Source of the DNA: an uncultured Clostridia bacterium
Lineage (GTDB): Bacteria; Bacillota; Clostridia; Christensenellales; UBA1242
NCBI GenBank assembly: GCA_944383245.1
Contig: CALWOU010000002.1
Coordinates: forward strand, 6,417 to 70,416
Direction: 5' to 3'
DNA length: 64,000 nt
Below are positions 21,001 through 30,249 of this stretch, in pieces. Every line of letters starts with the position of its first letter. The first letter of the stretch is position 1. The position numbers were made by a program, and so were the translations under genes. The notes beneath the pieces are model-generated. The model saw only the letters and a program-made list of their open reading frames with translations. It had not been told where the DNA came from and made no database searches.

Positions 21001-21148
21001 TGTTACAAAACAAAGATTGTTGCTACAATTATGGCAAATTATTTTGATTATTTTCTTATTATTGCTACTCATTATAATAATCATTATTATAGTTATTGTT
21101 TCAAGGAAAAAGAGAAAAGAAAGATATCAAACAAATGATGTTATTTAG
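15050..21148 (+). CDS. Very large secreted surface protein with a C-terminal membrane anchor (putative adhesin)
   Basis: The ATG at 15050 overlaps the trxB stop (ATGA) and follows AGGAGG. It has a signal peptide, about 1950 aa of beta-rich T/S/N/Y/D sequence, YDG-type motifs (KTYDGSS, DKVYDGSVG), and a C-terminal TM (LWQIILIIFLLLLLIIIIIIIVIV) followed by SRKKRKER. Confidence 0.85.
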   Translation: MKKKVGFIFTFALVICSLFFAMPLSGTHAYEPTDEVDSKYLITTDYDNNEVYLSNEVAGKTSGYGDFIIDERDITLSTTAQPGFKIAGWQILYVDSGTTRFVDADEAGLIDGIYTQTVEIDAEYSVDIVINYFDENSNGIKNRSTFTISRVFDDLRVEPVFEYIYYKVQVDDAKAIGNLEDFNTLPLSSLETLYYETQTDLGDRIHYSNSYIETAEGLFYYGDVYSEEVVNADSTTSTRYYTIHYRNAQAGSSEKIDYSLGGFRINEAVDYNLNINTSSDLKNSVNIEIVSAEISSSQGITTLSDNEENSIYSVETDSYLRSTRLHVNFSVVDSIDQINYLNINYNNLYLVDVVIMLDGENATGTRENDILSVVNVDNYYSQVNAKQYFAKSRESNDSYSLRVSTIDLISNTVDEVTYNYYEFSSIDGVNQLYQTYEEITDNFEVVIAYNSVQYLIDFEFVVYYNDAFNTIEGDFNVEDSISFTRGEEIIINKTATSDNVGFNFLGFALSEESFSNNSSLMIQTDEERPVNITVYMVYEFIDYTITIRNFDQITLTNNDETYYAINQINLTHLRNLNSDVYSLFANDLRADQDKAITFSVSVNLYDSITLNAITNNGFYIAGYKPNNLGSLFEGNIFSLEITQDTISQFAVDNNFDIYIFEEFTRYTVTYYIDPSLDTNTNQMVVMADIDVTAPEYANISRSFIVEGAEIDYSTRHEIVVGNLKLYDAVDLTSHGRTVTGEDGDYSYVFVRFAENDLGNLNYSVDEDSLLYTHSLQILRDISIKVVYSMQSSKLFVSLDNLNAYELSYISFYRNGTEELTMDETDNSVMVEEGELTIVLNPMFENRTFNFGYRLVGYTQTIGGVTTSYETSDTTFTIRTIGSSFQFLELNFVEMEFRLTVSQYGGGYSGEYVEFSENQTYTSLDINNLTLEFNKPEGYYVSSTYFVNIVENPYPSIFELNEEVSSIFSYTFNPTQWEEIVETYGVEQTDYIQVDMRVFYSIYTFEITVDYELTNPKYNTTDLLVPYPNIALTYSLDNVSNTVQATREENTLTFIGVPYGSSVVLRVESLPSGFSSQVNWTMQNNLKPNNPPYVYDTLTLSISRITQNEAFKYKLDYLAYDVVLSYKNQGSPYVLVNDEQTNSVELYDNLKIFTNANKSSGFQFKNLYYFRQEYVPYVYDEATWNESALSLYIYENDEYRKNDSYTYDENLSYFSLEDIRVDYSLSTMYEDTAFDPLNYKVENNSIYFYIEYDYIQITIINNNLLAKNSASLEIGDLSTPVSDFTTYSLFLESDGELIQVENDRIFDYRDKRIIIRIDFNDIMVDGQPFNLSRGIVLENITFLNYQTYAFTPVEGEDYDYELTLTFSDFIVDIPDSGELTINYVYRVETVTTTITTNIESSSFYYNDSGRIFYFQADSLGSSDPSFGGSSVTSGRDDTNLSLSYSFQFLGLVDFTFWFDQSTGYSQFFKITSIRVYNSQGGLIEDFSKYGIFTQRSGEDNKIIELIKARYIEDLTIELMVQPIIYYNDAEVINGDYIFTREFDCDNYGLGISQILSIGTSSGDQIQTSELILESLRDDLGNYNVYYTVAGSQTTQPVQPTNVGQYELHFDFNSTGEFEWMDEIQLDYHVYLIITPLDVEITYSIDRTFEKTYDGSSSPDTNQMNQVIQSLVITDNSSMNLNYSSQYNFALSPNIVGRITYLDRGQQVETARANEDVFYNIYLTGLQFVNSSLSSDYFNINNFNLVNSSLAISAVIKINRKALNIVGLAVDDKVYDGSVGVTISDDANVRLSGVVGDDDANLVIENIRLSFENPEIGENKNIIVEINNTLTGEDSTNYRLNPISGITATIYPYSVSTYIEGFGEIEVINQRGLTDQSKVSLIPIGATLKVGTFDNDSSEYLDIYNIIANYLSNGRVFEIGLVLSFEQNGIEMNLPKDLYISLPKVDRLTNVVYLTGQNTGDLTYVDQGETILIDLNQINDDIDTLFVTKQRLLLQLWQIILIIFLLLLLIIIIIIIVIVSRKKRKERYQTNDVI

Positions 21149-21156
21149 GAGAGGCT

Positions 21157-21690
21157 ATGTTTGAATGTAAATATAAAATTGAAGAAAAAGATTGTGTTAT
21201 AAGTGCAAAATATGTGTATAAGTCACAAAAACGCAAACAAGATAAGATTATAGCAGTGCTTATTCCTATCTTGTTTGTGGCTGTGATTGCTATGCTAATT
21301 TATAACGCGTGCACAGGGCAATCAATAGTGTGGGAACTCATTATGGCAATAGCACTTGTTGTGCTTGAAGTGTTTTATCTTCTTATTCCTCTAATGCTTG
21401 TTAGGTCACAGAAAAAATCGTTTAAGCAACAAAAGTTAGGCGAAGTTGATTATCTTCATATCAAAATTGAGGGTCCAACTTGTGTGGAAACTTTAGTTAA
21501 AGATGAAAAAGAAATAGCAAAAAATGTGCATAACCTAAAAAGTTTAACAAGTTATTTAGAGGACGGCGAAAGGCTAGTGCTTGTGTTTAACAAAGTTGAA
21601 TTTGTTTGCATTAGAAAAAGCGAACTAACAGGTGGACTTGAAAAACTAAAATCTCACCTAGAAAAAATAATGAGCAAAAACGCAAAATAA
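21157..21690 (+). CDS. Hypothetical membrane protein (two central TM helices)
   Basis: AGGAGAGG ribosome-binding site. The TM segments are IIAVLIPILFVAVIAMLIY and LIMAIALVVLEVFYLLIPLML. Confidence 0.65.
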   Translation: MFECKYKIEEKDCVISAKYVYKSQKRKQDKIIAVLIPILFVAVIAMLIYNACTGQSIVWELIMAIALVVLEVFYLLIPLMLVRSQKKSFKQQKLGEVDYLHIKIEGPTCVETLVKDEKEIAKNVHNLKSLTSYLEDGERLVLVFNKVEFVCIRKSELTGGLEKLKSHLEKIMSKNAK

Positions 21691-21707
21691 CAAACACAAA
21701 TTTTAAA

Positions 21708-21737
21708 CAAAAAAACTACTTTCAAAGTAGTTTTTTA
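21708..21737. terminator. Bidirectional terminator between convergent genes
   Basis: AACTACT-ttcaa-AGTAGTT is flanked by an A-run and a T-run. Confidence 0.7.
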
Positions 21738-21834
21738 TATATTTTATTTTTTAAAATACAATTACTTTAGTTTTATATCTTAAAACTTATTTAAGATGCT
21801 ATAAAATGAAATAATTTTTAAATAATTTTAAAAA

Positions 21835-22938
21835 TTATTTTGCGTGGGATTTTTTTAGGTATTCATTGATAAATGGGGTGAGGTCGCCGTCCATAACTGC
21901 TTGAACGTTGCTCGTTTCATAATCTGTTCTGTGGTCTTTAACCATAGTGTAAGGTTGGAACACGTAACTTCTAATTTGGCTTCCCCATTCAATGCGTTTT
22001 AATTCGCCTTTAATGTCTTGCATATTTTTGCGCGCCTTTTCTTCTTCAAGGGCAACTAGTTTACTCGTTAAAATTTTCATTGCGAGTTCGCGATTTTGAA
22101 GTTGACTACGCTCATTTTGACAAGTTACCACAATACCTGTTGGAATGTGTGTAATTCTAACGGCAGTTTCCACTTTGTTCACGTTTTGACCGCCCGCGCC
22201 ACCGCTTCGATAAGTGTCAATTTTTAAATCTTCGTTGTTGATTTTAACAGTTGTTTCCTTGCTAATTGCTGGCACAACCTCAACAGATGCAAAACTTGTG
22301 TGACGTCGCTTATTGCTATCAAACGGACTAATTCTAACCAATCTATGAACCCCCATTTCGCCTTTTAGTTTTCCGTAGGCATAATCGCCTTTAATCCACA
22401 AAACTGCCGTTTTTAATCCGACATCATTACCTTCAACTTTATCAACTATTGAAAAATCGAATCCGTTTTTGCTAGCATACATTTTGTACATTCTAACAAG
22501 CATAACCACCCAATCTTGCGCCTCTGTTCCGCCCGCGCCAGAATGAATTGTTAAAATTGCGTCGTTGTTATCATATTTTTCGTCAAGCAAGGTGCGAACG
22601 TTTAAATCTTCCACCTTGTCTTTCAATTCCAACATTTCAGTGAACGCAAGATTTAGCATTTCAATATCTGTGTTTTTTTCTAACTCTTTTACGGTTACAA
22701 TTAAAGTTGACAATTGATTTTGCAAGTTAGACACATCATTAAACAAGTCTTGCAATGCTTTAATTTCTTTGTTTGTTTGCATTGCATAGTCTAAATTATT
22801 CCAAAAAGTGAGAGATTCTCTCTCTTTTAATAATTTTTGAAGTTTTTCTTGTTGCTCGTCTAAATGTAAGCAACTTTTAGTCAACTCAAATTTATTAACT
22901 AATAAAGACAATTCTTCGCTAATATTTTCAATATTCAT
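21835..22938 (-). CDS. prfB: Peptide chain release factor 2, encoded without a programmed frameshift
   Basis: It has the SPF tripeptide (RISPFDS) and GGQ ([11 protein letters not shown]). The 367-aa ORF is uninterrupted. Confidence 0.93.
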   Translation of the reverse strand: MNIENISEELSLLVNKFELTKSCLHLDEQQEKLQKLLKERESLTFWNNLDYAMQTNKEIKALQDLFNDVSNLQNQLSTLIVTVKELEKNTDIEMLNLAFTEMLELKDKVEDLNVRTLLDEKYDNNDAILTIHSGAGGTEAQDWVVMLVRMYKMYASKNGFDFSIVDKVEGNDVGLKTAVLWIKGDYAYGKLKGEMGVHRLVRISPFDSNKRRHTSFASVEVVPAISKETTVKINNEDLKIDTYRSGGAGGQNVNKVETAVRITHIPTGIVVTCQNERSQLQNRELAMKILTSKLVALEEEKARKNMQDIKGELKRIEWGSQIRSYVFQPYTMVKDHRTDYETSNVQAVMDGDLTPFINEYLKKSHAK

Positions 22939-23106
22939 ACCTAAATTATATCAAATGGCAAATAAAATATCAAATATTTTTAATAGTTTAAAATTTTTAA
23001 AAACTAAAAGCAAAGTCTTGTTAATTGATAGGAAAAACTGAATTAATAAATTTTTTATTAGTTGCGTTTGAATGTTAGTATATGGTATAATTATATTGAG
23101 GTAATT

Positions 23107-23763
23107 ATGGAAGAGATTGTTGAAACGAAAGAAGAAAAAGTTGAAATAAATGATGAAGCAAATGAAAAGGAAATTAAAAAGAAAAAGCGCAAGGAAAAAA
23201 TAAAGAAAAAGGGCAGTAGTTTTTTTGCTGATTTTAAAAAATTTATTTCAAAAGGAAATATTTTAGACCTTGCTGTTGCAGTTGTTATCGGCACTGCGTT
23301 TAATAAAATTGTAACCTCACTTGTGAACAATATCATTATGCCACTCATCTCGCTTTGCACAGGAGGGGTGAGTGTTGAAGATTGGAAATGGGTTATAACT
23401 CCAGCCACTGAAACCACTGCCGAAGTTGCCCTTGCGTACGGCACATTCATTCAAGCGATTATTGACTTTTTGATAATAGCCCTAACCATATTTATTATTT
23501 TAAGAATTATTGTAAACTCACAACGTGGAATACAAAAATTATCTAAAAAAATGAAAAGAGAACTCAAAAAGCAGGGCATTGAAGAAGAGGCAATTGTTGC
23601 ACCTCAACCTACAGTTAAAATTGAAAGCCAAGAAGATATTTTAAAAGATATTCGCTCACTTTTAACAAATATGTCCGCCCCACAAAATAATAATGTGAAA
23701 ACAGAAGGAATCTTAAATAAAAAAGTTGAAGCCGAAACAATAGAAAATAAAAAAGCAGGATAA
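23107..23763 (+). CDS. mscL: Large-conductance mechanosensitive channel with K/E-rich N- and C-terminal extensions
   Basis: The core [39 protein letters not shown] is canonical MscL. The ATG at 23107 follows GAGG, in frame with the track ORF 23062. Confidence 0.85.
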   Translation: MEEIVETKEEKVEINDEANEKEIKKKKRKEKIKKKGSSFFADFKKFISKGNILDLAVAVVIGTAFNKIVTSLVNNIIMPLISLCTGGVSVEDWKWVITPATETTAEVALAYGTFIQAIIDFLIIALTIFIILRIIVNSQRGIQKLSKKMKRELKKQGIEEEAIVAPQPTVKIESQEDILKDIRSLLTNMSAPQNNNVKTEGILNKKVEAETIENKKAG

Positions 23764-23955
23764 CAAATTAAAAAATAAAACGCATTGCACGTTTTATTTT
23801 TTTAATTAAAAATTTATATATTTTCTAATTTTTTATTATTTTATAGTATTTTTAACGATTTTTTTAAATTTTTTTTGTTTTTTCTTCTTTTAATTTTATT
23901 TTTTTAATTTTTATTTTTTATATTTAATTTTTTAACATTATAATTTAAATTGTTT

Positions 23956-24663
23956 TTATTTTTTATATTTTAAAAGCATTTGTTTGTCATCGTTGCTTAC
24001 TCTAAAACTTTCTCTTATTTTTTGAATTGCTTTATTTGTGGTGAAAGTATTTAGTGCGGTAGTTTCGAACAATTTTAAAGTTTCTTCTCTTCGTTTTACA
24101 AAACTTTCAGCAACAAACCAACCTAGCGCCATATTAACGTAATATTCTTTTTCATTTTTAAGTTTATTAATAAGATTTAAAATATGATTAAAACAATCGT
24201 CAAATTTTAATAAACTAAACCAAAGTATTACCCCAATTCGCCTTGTGTAAGTGTGTTTGTCAGATATAAAACGTTCGGACAATTTTAAAAAATCAAACTT
24301 GTTTTCATCGTTAAGATTAAATTTCATTATATCGCAACACGCCCAACTATCCACAATTTTTCCATAATTGTATAGTCGCTTTTCAAATTCCTTGAAATCC
24401 TTAATTTTAGCAATTAAAAATCCATTAATTATTAAATTTTCATACGTGTCGGTTATATTTAAATCAAGGAAAGATAAAAAATTTCCTTTTGCAATTTCTT
24501 TTGCAATCTGTTTTAATTTTGGAGTTGGAATTGCGAGAACTTCGTAATTTGTGTTTGCAATTTTGCGCGTGAATTCTTGCTTACTTTCGTTTTTTAAACT
24601 ATATAGATAATTTTGAAAATCTAATTTGTCTAATTCACTCCAAACTTCTTTAAAAAGACACAT
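23956..24663 (-). CDS. DNA alkylation repair (AlkD-like HEAT-repeat) protein
   Basis: A helical-repeat protein with the family-typical SWACCD and TRR segments. The assignment rests on remembered motifs only. Confidence 0.6.
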   Translation of the reverse strand: MCLFKEVWSELDKLDFQNYLYSLKNESKQEFTRKIANTNYEVLAIPTPKLKQIAKEIAKGNFLSFLDLNITDTYENLIINGFLIAKIKDFKEFEKRLYNYGKIVDSWACCDIMKFNLNDENKFDFLKLSERFISDKHTYTRRIGVILWFSLLKFDDCFNHILNLINKLKNEKEYYVNMALGWFVAESFVKRREETLKLFETTALNTFTTNKAIQKIRESFRVSNDDKQMLLKYKK

Positions 24664-25357
24664 TTTCCCTTCCGTTATAAAAAATTATATTTATCATTTG
24701 CTTGATTAAACACATTAGTTTATTGCTTTCATCTCGCCTAACCACCATTTCAACTCTTCCGTGAAGATGCTCACTACTAACCGGTCCGTGAATCATAGAA
24801 TCCTCGCTCTCCACCCAATTATCTCCAAGCAAAAAGTATTCGTCATCTTGCATTATTATCACCTCGTCGCCCGAAACGTCCACTCCAACCGATGGTGTAC
24901 CTCTTCGCTCTGCAATATAGGCGCGATATTGATTGTAATAACTAGATAGCGCGCTATCATATTCGCTTGTGCCGTTTTTCTCTTTTGTGTACAACTCAAG
25001 GTTATTCACAAATAGGGTATATGAGTCACCATTATTTATTATTTTTAATTGGTCGCCAGGCATTGCAACAAGGCGCTTTATAATTGTTCCTAAATCCCAC
25101 CAATCCACACTCGCAACAACCAAATCATTTAGTCCATAATCTGAAAAACGGTTGATATACACAGTGTCGCCTGGTGTGTTGATATCACTAATTCCCACAT
25201 TTAAAACAGGTTGCATTGATGTACCTCGAACGTCACTCTTTGCGTAAACAATATTGAACACTATGTTTATAAGTGTGAAAAAACTAGCAATCATTATCAA
25301 AATCACTAAAATTGACGCAAGCATATTAGACCAAATTCGTTTTGCCTTTGCATTCAT
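24650..25357 (-). CDS. lepB: Signal peptidase I
   Basis: N-terminal TM anchor, catalytic-Ser box GTSMQPV and the GDNWVESEDS box. Confidence 0.9.
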   Translation of the reverse strand: MNAKAKRIWSNMLASILVILIMIASFFTLINIVFNIVYAKSDVRGTSMQPVLNVGISDINTPGDTVYINRFSDYGLNDLVVASVDWWDLGTIIKRLVAMPGDQLKIINNGDSYTLFVNNLELYTKEKNGTSEYDSALSSYYNQYRAYIAERRGTPSVGVDVSGDEVIIMQDDEYFLLGDNWVESEDSMIHGPVSSEHLHGRVEMVVRRDESNKLMCLIKQMINIIFYNGRENVSF

Positions 25358-25536
25358 AACTTTTATTATACCACAAAGAATAATTTTTTAAAAATAAAAT
25401 GCAAAGAAAAAATCGCAATGCGCGATTTTTTGATATTTTTTTAATTTTTATTGTCATTTTTAATTTATCTAATAAAATAATTTTTATACTAGAATAAATA
25501 ATAATTTTTAAAACTAATTAATTTTTATTATTCCAA

Positions 25537-26970
25537 TTAATACGACAAACCTCCATCTATTAGATTTCGCATTTTATACTTTTGGTCTCTTATTCCTTCT
25601 AACTGTGTATCTAAATTATCTATCTTTTCCTTAAGGCGTCTTCTTTCTCTAAGCAAGGTTTCTAGTTTTGTTGTTGTTTCATCACCTAATTCTTTTGCTA
25701 TTTTCTCTTTAATACCATCACTGACATACACTTGACGTGGATTTTTAGATTCTTCCTTTATTGAATCTTCTAAATCAGCAATTTTGCTCTTTATAAAATA
25801 ATCTTCAATATCCTTACTAATTGTTGTGATTTGTTCGGTTATTTTTTCTCTATCTTTCTTTACTTTATCTTGTTGCTTTTCTAGTTGCCTCTCTTGTTTT
25901 TCTAATTCTGCCAAACTTTTATTGCGCTTTTTCCTCTTTTGCTCTTCTTGCTTTTGCTCTTCTTTCCTTTTTTGTTCAGCTTGTTTTGCTTCGGCTTTTC
26001 TTCGTTGCTCAGCTTGTTTTTCTTCGGCTTTTCTTTGTTGTTCTTTTTGCTTTTGCTCTTCTTTTCTTTGTTTTGCTTGTTCTTGTCTTTGTTGTTCTTC
26101 GGCTCGATATTTTTTCCTTTCGCTTCTATTATTTTCTGCTGCTATATATGATTCTAGTATTTCTTTTCCTTTTCCTTTAACTTTGTCAAATGCCTCTACG
26201 ATCGCTTCTGCTGCTTGACGAGTAAATCTAGCCAATGGTCTTCCTCTTTTTAATTCGATTCCTTTGTTAACATCCTCATATGCTAGACATCTAATATAAT
26301 CAAGCCCAGCAAGGTAGGCTGCCTCTTTTAGATTAGTATTAGTTCCATCAAGTTTTTGTGATATTAATTTTTTATATTCTTCGATCTTTTCAGGCAAACT
26401 TTTTTTACTTATTTTTTTAGATTTTATTTCTTGTTCAATATCTGCTCTAATAGCTTTATAACCCGTTGATGTTCTGATTCTATCGTCGCTAAGAACTCTA
26501 AAAGTATTGTCAATTATTTTTATTTCATAGAAAATATTAAAAGGCTCTGCCCTTTCTGTGCCTTCACGTTTTTTTAGTTCGGCAATTATATGATCTCTTC
26601 TAATATCTTTAGATACTATATAGCTCTTATAAACATCTCTAATTTGCTTTTCAAGGTCTGATAATTGAGTTTGCAACGCTATAGACTGATCGCCTGTTCT
26701 TATGCTACTTAAAAATGAATCATTGATTGTACCCTGTAACTCATTATATTTTTTTAGAAGGTCAGTTACTAAATCTGATTTACCTCTCTTTTCAAATTCT
26801 ATATCACTTTGAAAATAATGATGAAATTTTATAAGGTCATCAATAACCTCCATTTTTATATTTTGATATTCTTGAGAATTTTTAAATCTCTCTAACGCGT
26901 CATCATTCATAAAAACGCCATATTCGTTTATTATAATGTCTTTATCTGTAAATACCTGTTCGTTTTCCAT
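25537..26970 (-). CDS. Hypothetical protein with a long K/E/Q/R-rich repeat region
   Basis: 477-aa ORF. The central AEEQQRQEQAKQRKEEQKQKEQQRKAEEKQAEQRRKAEAKQAEQKRKEEQKQ is encoded by about 33-nt DNA repeats. No motif was recognised in the N-terminal 280 aa. Confidence 0.65.
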   Translation of the reverse strand: MENEQVFTDKDIIINEYGVFMNDDALERFKNSQEYQNIKMEVIDDLIKFHHYFQSDIEFEKRGKSDLVTDLLKKYNELQGTINDSFLSSIRTGDQSIALQTQLSDLEKQIRDVYKSYIVSKDIRRDHIIAELKKREGTERAEPFNIFYEIKIIDNTFRVLSDDRIRTSTGYKAIRADIEQEIKSKKISKKSLPEKIEEYKKLISQKLDGTNTNLKEAAYLAGLDYIRCLAYEDVNKGIELKRGRPLARFTRQAAEAIVEAFDKVKGKGKEILESYIAAENNRSERKKYRAEEQQRQEQAKQRKEEQKQKEQQRKAEEKQAEQRRKAEAKQAEQKRKEEQKQEEQKRKKRNKSLAELEKQERQLEKQQDKVKKDREKITEQITTISKDIEDYFIKSKIADLEDSIKEESKNPRQVYVSDGIKEKIAKELGDETTTKLETLLRERRRLKEKIDNLDTQLEGIRDQKYKMRNLIDGGLSY

Positions 26971-27113
26971 AGTTTCACTCCTCTTTGAATAATTCTTAAA
27001 AAAAATAATTTTTTTAATATGTTAAAATTATTTTAACACAAATTTTATTTTATAGTCAAGAAAAAACAAACATCTTTTTTTAGTAAACAATTAAATGTTT
27101 GTTTTAGTGATTT

Positions 27114-28745
27114 TTATTTGCTGTCTTTTAAGCCGACGGTTTCAAGATAGACGCGGTCGTTTTGCTTACTCAAAACGCAATCCTCAATATAATATCCATT
27201 TCTAATAAATTGCATATTGCCTTTTTGCTTTAATGCGAATGGTTCGATATATGAAACGTGTTCTTCCATTGAATTTGGGTTGATGATTTTATCTAGCATT
27301 CCGTGTTCGTAAACTTCGCCCTCTTTTAGTAGATCGTGGAATTTGCGCGTTCTAACTTTTTCAGAGTGTTTAACGCTTAGCCAATGAATTGTGCCTTTTG
27401 GTTTTATTCCTTGCTCTTTTGTGTCATACGCAATTGAACATTTTAAATAATCAATTTCACCTGCGCTATTTTTAACAACTTCATCGCACTTAATAACGTA
27501 TGCGCCCATTAAGCGCACATAGCCATTAGGTGTTAGGCGGAAAAATTTAGGAGTTGGATTTTCCATAAAATCTTCGCGTTCGATATATAGTTCGTTTGAA
27601 AATTTAACGGTGTGTTTTTTGCTTTTTTCAATTGTTGGATTGTTTGAAATCTCAACATTCTCAGTTTTGTTGCTATCGTAATTTGTTAATATAACTTTAA
27701 TAGGGTCAAGAACAGCCATAACTCGCATTGCAGTTTTATTTAGTTCTTCACGAATGCAAGCCTCTAAAATGTGTGGTTGAACAATGCTATTTGATTTTGC
27801 AACACCAATACGCGTGCAAAACTCTTTGATTGCGCTTGCAGTGTAACCTTTTCTTCTAAATCCGGCAAGGGTAGGAAGGCGAGGGTCATCCCAACCATCC
27901 ACATATCCGCCGTCCACAAGTTCGATAAAATAACGTTTTGAAATAACAGTTCCCGCGATATTCAGTCTTGCAAACTCAATCTGGCGCGGTTTAACTCCCG
28001 TTATTAACCTACAATTATCTACGAACCAATTATATAGCGGGCGGTGGTCCTCAAACTCAAGGCTACAAAGAGAGTGAGTGATTCCTTCGTGCGCGTCGCT
28101 AAGTGGGTGCGCAAAATCATACATTGGATAAATGCACCACTTGTTTCCCTGCCTGAAGTGAGGAACGTGCATAATGCGATAAATTACAGGGTCGCGCATA
28201 TTGATATTAGGGCTTGCCATATCTATTTTTGCGCGCAAAGTTTTTTCTCCGTCGGCGAATCTCCCTGCTTTCATCTCTTCAAACAAACGCAAATTTTCTT
28301 CAATTGACCTGTTTCTATATGGACTTTCTTTGCCTGGTTCGGTTAGAGTTCCGCGAGTTTGAGAGATTTCATCGGCAGAAAGTTCGCAAACATATGCTTT
28401 GCCTTGCTTGATTAAATCTATCGCACAGTCGTATAAAAAATCATAATAATCACTTGCGTAATACAAATTTTTCCACTTAAAACCAAGCCATTTAATATCG
28501 TCCATCAATGCTTTAACATAATCTTCACTTTCTTTGCTTGGATTGGTGTCGTCCATTCTAAGATTAGTGTAACCTTTAAACTTTTCAGCCGTTAAAAAGT
28601 CAATACATATTGCCTTGCAGTGACCGATATGCGTGTATCCATTAGGTTCAGGCGGAAAACGAGTGACTATCTTTTTCAATCCTTTTTCCTTAATATCTTC
28701 AACTATTGCCTGTTCAATAAAATTTGATGGTGTTATATTTTCCAT
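27114..28745 (-). CDS. glnS: Glutamine--tRNA ligase
   Basis: Class I HIGH (GYTHIGH) and KMSKS-like (VISKR) motifs. Overall GlnRS-type sequence (FPPEPNGY..., RLPTLAGFRRKG). Confidence 0.92.
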   Translation of the reverse strand: MENITPSNFIEQAIVEDIKEKGLKKIVTRFPPEPNGYTHIGHCKAICIDFLTAEKFKGYTNLRMDDTNPSKESEDYVKALMDDIKWLGFKWKNLYYASDYYDFLYDCAIDLIKQGKAYVCELSADEISQTRGTLTEPGKESPYRNRSIEENLRLFEEMKAGRFADGEKTLRAKIDMASPNINMRDPVIYRIMHVPHFRQGNKWCIYPMYDFAHPLSDAHEGITHSLCSLEFEDHRPLYNWFVDNCRLITGVKPRQIEFARLNIAGTVISKRYFIELVDGGYVDGWDDPRLPTLAGFRRKGYTASAIKEFCTRIGVAKSNSIVQPHILEACIREELNKTAMRVMAVLDPIKVILTNYDSNKTENVEISNNPTIEKSKKHTVKFSNELYIEREDFMENPTPKFFRLTPNGYVRLMGAYVIKCDEVVKNSAGEIDYLKCSIAYDTKEQGIKPKGTIHWLSVKHSEKVRTRKFHDLLKEGEVYEHGMLDKIINPNSMEEHVSYIEPFALKQKGNMQFIRNGYYIEDCVLSKQNDRVYLETVGLKDSK

Positions 28746-28833
28746 TTTCTCTCCTAGAAGTTATTACAAATCAATTATAATATAATCTTACGTATTTGTA
28801 AATTAAATTAAAATAAAAATTTTAACTTACTTA

Positions 28834-30168
28834 TTAGTTTTGAAAAAACATTATAAAATAAATAGGAATATAAATTATATTATCTTCTTCAAAAATTTTT
28901 CGTTCGTTTGAGAGAACAAAACCTCTTTTAACATTGTAATCTTTATTTTTTATAAATTTATTTATTGCACTATGAATAGTGTAATCTTTGCCAGACTTAA
29001 TCTCTAGTGGCAAAACTGAAAGATTATTGTAGTCATCTATTAGAAAATCAACCTCGCCGTTTGCTTTATTGTCGTAATAAAATAAATTATAGCCGTGCGC
29101 TTTTAATTCGCTTGCCACAAAAGATTCATAAACCGCTCCAAGATTTATGCTTTTCTCGTCATTTAAAATGGCGCGGATATTATGTTTATATAAAATATTA
29201 GTAAGAAGCCCAACGTCATTTAAATAAAGTTTTAATAAATTCTTATTGCTAGATTGAATGAGAGGGAATACCGGTGTTGAAAGCGCTTTCACTTCAAGCG
29301 CAATTCCCGAACTTATTAAATAATCAAATTCATTTTGATAACTTGAAAATCTTTTTCCTTTAATTCCTTCAATATCTTGAACCACAATGCGCTTTTTTTT
29401 GTTTTCAAGAGTTGACGGAATCAAATCGTAAATTCGTTTTATTTTTAGTTTGTGTTCGCGGTCATACTTACTAGCATCGTCGCCATACAAATCGGAAATG
29501 GTCGATTGAATTCTTCTAACTTCCATAATGTTTTGATTTTTTAAAAAACTATTTACCGCATCAGGCATTCCACCTGTGAATAAATATTTTTTCATTAAAT
29601 CTAACATTTTGTTATGTGTTGTTTCGTCTAAACTTGTTAAATTTTCAAAATTTTGCTTTAAAATATTTATTGCACTTGAATTAAATCCATTTGCAAGCAA
29701 AAATTCTTCAAAATCTAACGGATACATATGGTTGATATCAATACTTCCTATAGGAATAGAGGGAGTTTTCAATAATGTAACACCTAAAAGTGAACCACTG
29801 CATATATAAGTAAATCTGTCATCCTGTTTTAAAAATTTTAAAAGAGTTAAAAACTGTGGATATTCTTGAATCTCATCAATAAAAATAACAGTATTATCTT
29901 TATTTCCCATTTTGTTGCCTGCAAACATACTAAGTTGCAAATAAAAATCTTCTTTGCTGTTTATGTTTGCAAAAATTCTATCACTTATCGAATCTTCCAC
30001 GAAATTAATTTCTATATAATTTTTAAATTTATTTTTTAAAACCTCAGTACAAACATATCTAATTATATAAGATTTTCCAATTTGCCTAGCGCCGTCAATC
30101 AACATAATTTTATTTGATGGATTTTTTAGATAGTTTTCAATCTTCTTTTCAATCTTTCTATATAGCAT
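28834..30168 (-). CDS. AAA-family ATPase of the COG1373 type (P-loop N-domain, DUF4143-like C-domain)
   Basis: Walker A GARQIGKS, Walker B VIFIDEIQ, and a C-terminal restriction-endonuclease-like segment (EVDFLI...LPLEIKSG). Confidence 0.8.
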   Translation of the reverse strand: MLYRKIEKKIENYLKNPSNKIMLIDGARQIGKSYIIRYVCTEVLKNKFKNYIEINFVEDSISDRIFANINSKEDFYLQLSMFAGNKMGNKDNTVIFIDEIQEYPQFLTLLKFLKQDDRFTYICSGSLLGVTLLKTPSIPIGSIDINHMYPLDFEEFLLANGFNSSAINILKQNFENLTSLDETTHNKMLDLMKKYLFTGGMPDAVNSFLKNQNIMEVRRIQSTISDLYGDDASKYDREHKLKIKRIYDLIPSTLENKKKRIVVQDIEGIKGKRFSSYQNEFDYLISSGIALEVKALSTPVFPLIQSSNKNLLKLYLNDVGLLTNILYKHNIRAILNDEKSINLGAVYESFVASELKAHGYNLFYYDNKANGEVDFLIDDYNNLSVLPLEIKSGKDYTIHSAINKFIKNKDYNVKRGFVLSNERKIFEEDNIIYIPIYFIMFFQN

Positions 30169-30249
30169 AATTTCTCCTTAAATTAAACATATTTCAAACA
30201 ATATATATGCAGTATATTACACTAAAATAAAAAATTTTGCAAGTGTTTT

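Noticed and set aside
21835-22938. The programmed +1 frameshift expected in prfB
   Set aside because: The 367-aa ORF is continuous from its ATG, and no in-frame TGA or CTTTGAC-type site is present. This RF2 is simply frameshift-independent.
28746-28833. T-box leaders upstream of the aminoacyl-tRNA synthetase genes glnS and metG (43727-43751)
   Set aside because: The upstream untranslated regions are only about 25-90 nt, which is too short for a T-box. No specifier or T-box sequence is visible.
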